Shown here piece by piece: positions 62,473-64,000 of a stretch of 64,000 nucleotides of DNA. Origin of the DNA: Candidatus Woesearchaeota archaeon (GTDB lineage: Archaea; Nanobdellota; Nanobdellia; Woesearchaeales; JACPBV01); contig JACPBV010000007.1 of assembly GCA_016180135.1 (NCBI GenBank), positions 41,248-105,247 on the forward strand. Reading direction: 5' to 3'. Below the pieces are notes generated by a model. That model saw only the letters and a list, made by a program, of their open reading frames with translations. It did not search any database and was not told the DNA's origin. Every line of letters begins with the position of its first letter. Position 1 is the stretch's first letter. A program made the translations under genes and the position numbers.

Positions 62473-64000
62473 ATGGACAAGAAAGTATCTTTTTTTCCCT
62501 TCGATGCTATGCATAAGATCATCAACAACAAGGCTGTCGCCTATCTGTTTGGGAGGACTGCTTCGGGAGAGCAAATCTGCGTCACCGACCGCCATTTCCA
62601 GCCCTATTTCTATATCATTCCCAAGAAAGGCATGGACATCGAAGAGCGGATCAAAAAAATAATCATTAAGCATGACGAAGGGGCATCTCAGGTTACCAAA
62701 GTTGTTCATGTAAAAAAACATTTTCTGGGAAAGGAGGTGGATGCCCTGCAGGTTTTTGTCCCTTTGCCGAGAGATGTTGTTGTGCTGAGGGAAGCTGTAA
62801 AAGACTGGGAAGGGATCGAGTCCTGCAACGAGTATGACCTCCCGTTCAAGAAGAGATTTCTCATCGACAAACAGATAATTCCTCTTGCTCTTGTCTCTGC
62901 TGAAGGGGATTTTGTGAACGAGACCAGCAGGGTGCCTGTCTTTGAGGCAAAGTCTATCATTAAGGAGAAAGACGAATTTCTTGAAGAGCCCAAGGTGCTT
63001 GCCTTTGACATTGAAACCTATTCATCTGACGGTGGCCCGATTGATATGGCAAAAAATCCCATTCTCATGGCTGCTTTCTACGGGAAGCATTTCAAGAAGG
63101 TGATATGCTCGAAGCATTTCAAGACAGACCTCCCTTATGTGGAGTTCGTCAGCAGCGAAGAAGACCTTATCAAAAGGTGGAAGGAAGTTGTAGAGATCCA
63201 GAAGCCGGACATCCTCTGCGGCTACAACTCCGACGGATTTGATCTCCCGTATCTCAAGGCAAGAGCGGAGAAATACCGCATCAAGCTTGACATCGGGCTT
63301 GATTATTCTGAAGTCTCGATAGAGCGGAGGAAAGACACGAATGCCGACATCGTGGGGATAGCCCATGTAGATGTTTATCGGTTCGTGAGAAGGACCCTTG
63401 GGCCGACGCTGGATTCCTCAGGGCTTACCCTCAAAGCAGTCTCAGCCCAGCTTTTGGGAGAGACAAAAACTGATGCGAAGGTGGATGAGCTTTCAGGCGT
63501 CTGGGACAATCATCCCGAAAAACTCGGGCCATTTATCGAATACAACCTCCAGGACGCTTATCTTGTCTTTGCGCTGATGGAAAAGCTCCTTCCCAACATG
63601 CTGGAGATGAACAAGATTGTCGGGCTCCCCCTGCCTGACCTTGCGAGGATGGGATATTCCCAGCTTGTTGAGTCCTTCATCCTGAGAGAAGCATTCCGGC
63701 AGAATGAACTTGCTCCTGAACTGCCCCACCATGGCGAATTGAGAAAGCGGATGGCAAGGACTTATATCGGCGGATTTGTTTATGAGCCTGAGCCAGGGAT
63801 GTATGACAATATTGTTGTCTTTGACTTCAGGAGCCTCTATCCCAGCATCATCTCTTCCCATAATATCGATCCAGGGACGCTCAACTGCGCGTGCTGCGAA
63901 GGAAAAGAAGAAGTTCCCCTTGGAGGGAAAAGCAAGCTTTGGTTCTGCCGGAACAGGAAGGGCTTTCTTCCGACACTAGTCGGAGATATTATCTCCAGGA
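62473..64000 (+). CDS. polB: family B DNA polymerase, 5' portion (CDS runs off the window end)
   Basis: Exo I FDIETY; Exo II YNSDGFDLPYL; Exo III YNLQDAYL; polymerase motif A DFRSLYPSII; ATG at 62473. Confidence 0.9.
   Translation, partial: MDKKVSFFPFDAMHKIINNKAVAYLFGRTASGEQICVTDRHFQPYFYIIPKKGMDIEERIKKIIIKHDEGASQVTKVVHVKKHFLGKEVDALQVFVPLPRDVVVLREAVKDWEGIESCNEYDLPFKKRFLIDKQIIPLALVSAEGDFVNETSRVPVFEAKSIIKEKDEFLEEPKVLAFDIETYSSDGGPIDMAKNPILMAAFYGKHFKKVICSKHFKTDLPYVEFVSSEEDLIKRWKEVVEIQKPDILCGYNSDGFDLPYLKARAEKYRIKLDIGLDYSEVSIERRKDTNADIVGIAHVDVYRFVRRTLGPTLDSSGLTLKAVSAQLLGETKTDAKVDELSGVWDNHPEKLGPFIEYNLQDAYLVFALMEKLLPNMLEMNKIVGLPLPDLARMGYSQLVESFILREAFRQNELAPELPHHGELRKRMARTYIGGFVYEPEPGMYDNIVVFDFRSLYPSIISSHNIDPGTLNCACCEGKEEVPLGGKSKLWFCRNRKGFLPTLVGDIISR

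Overview
This window looks like a gene-dense piece of an archaeal chromosome, most likely from a DPANN-like lineage, with many bacterial-type acquisitions. Archaeal markers: ribosomal protein uS15 (S13e type), TFE, a complete A-type ATP synthase operon in the order atpHIKECFABD, the AglB/STT3 oligosaccharyltransferase with a WWDFGHW motif, archaeal/eukaryal-type ProRS, a ZPR1-type zinc-finger protein, a class-III-signal-peptide pilin-like protein, and a family B DNA polymerase that runs off the 3' end. Bacterial-looking genes sit among these: MEP-pathway genes ispDF (fused) and ispE, a bacterial-type MetK, a MacB-like ABC exporter, an IS481-like insertion sequence, and several toxin-antitoxin pairs (AbiE-like, two VapBC, HicBA). 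The most unusual region is a cluster of giant, sequon-rich secreted beta-helix proteins fused to cysteine-rich modules and an M64-like HEFGHSFGGLxDEY metallopeptidase domain. One paralog is intact (1537 aa); the other is broken into three frame-shifted ORFs joined by duplicated junction cassettes. This cluster lies about 25 kb from aglB. The other striking feature is the density of small structured repeat and MITE-like elements. Two near-identical palindromic elements of about 110 bp, in inverted orientation, exactly flank atpA. A 67-bp tandem duplication of the atpB start region creates upstream ORFs. A classic MITE with an 8-bp target-site duplication sits at 57575-57723. A conserved bipartite hairpin-plus-AT-box module occurs three times and shows compensatory base changes. 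A further repeat family sits at the junction of a split nnr gene whose two domains are separated by an AT-rich hydrolase gene. No rRNA, tRNA or CRISPR array was found.
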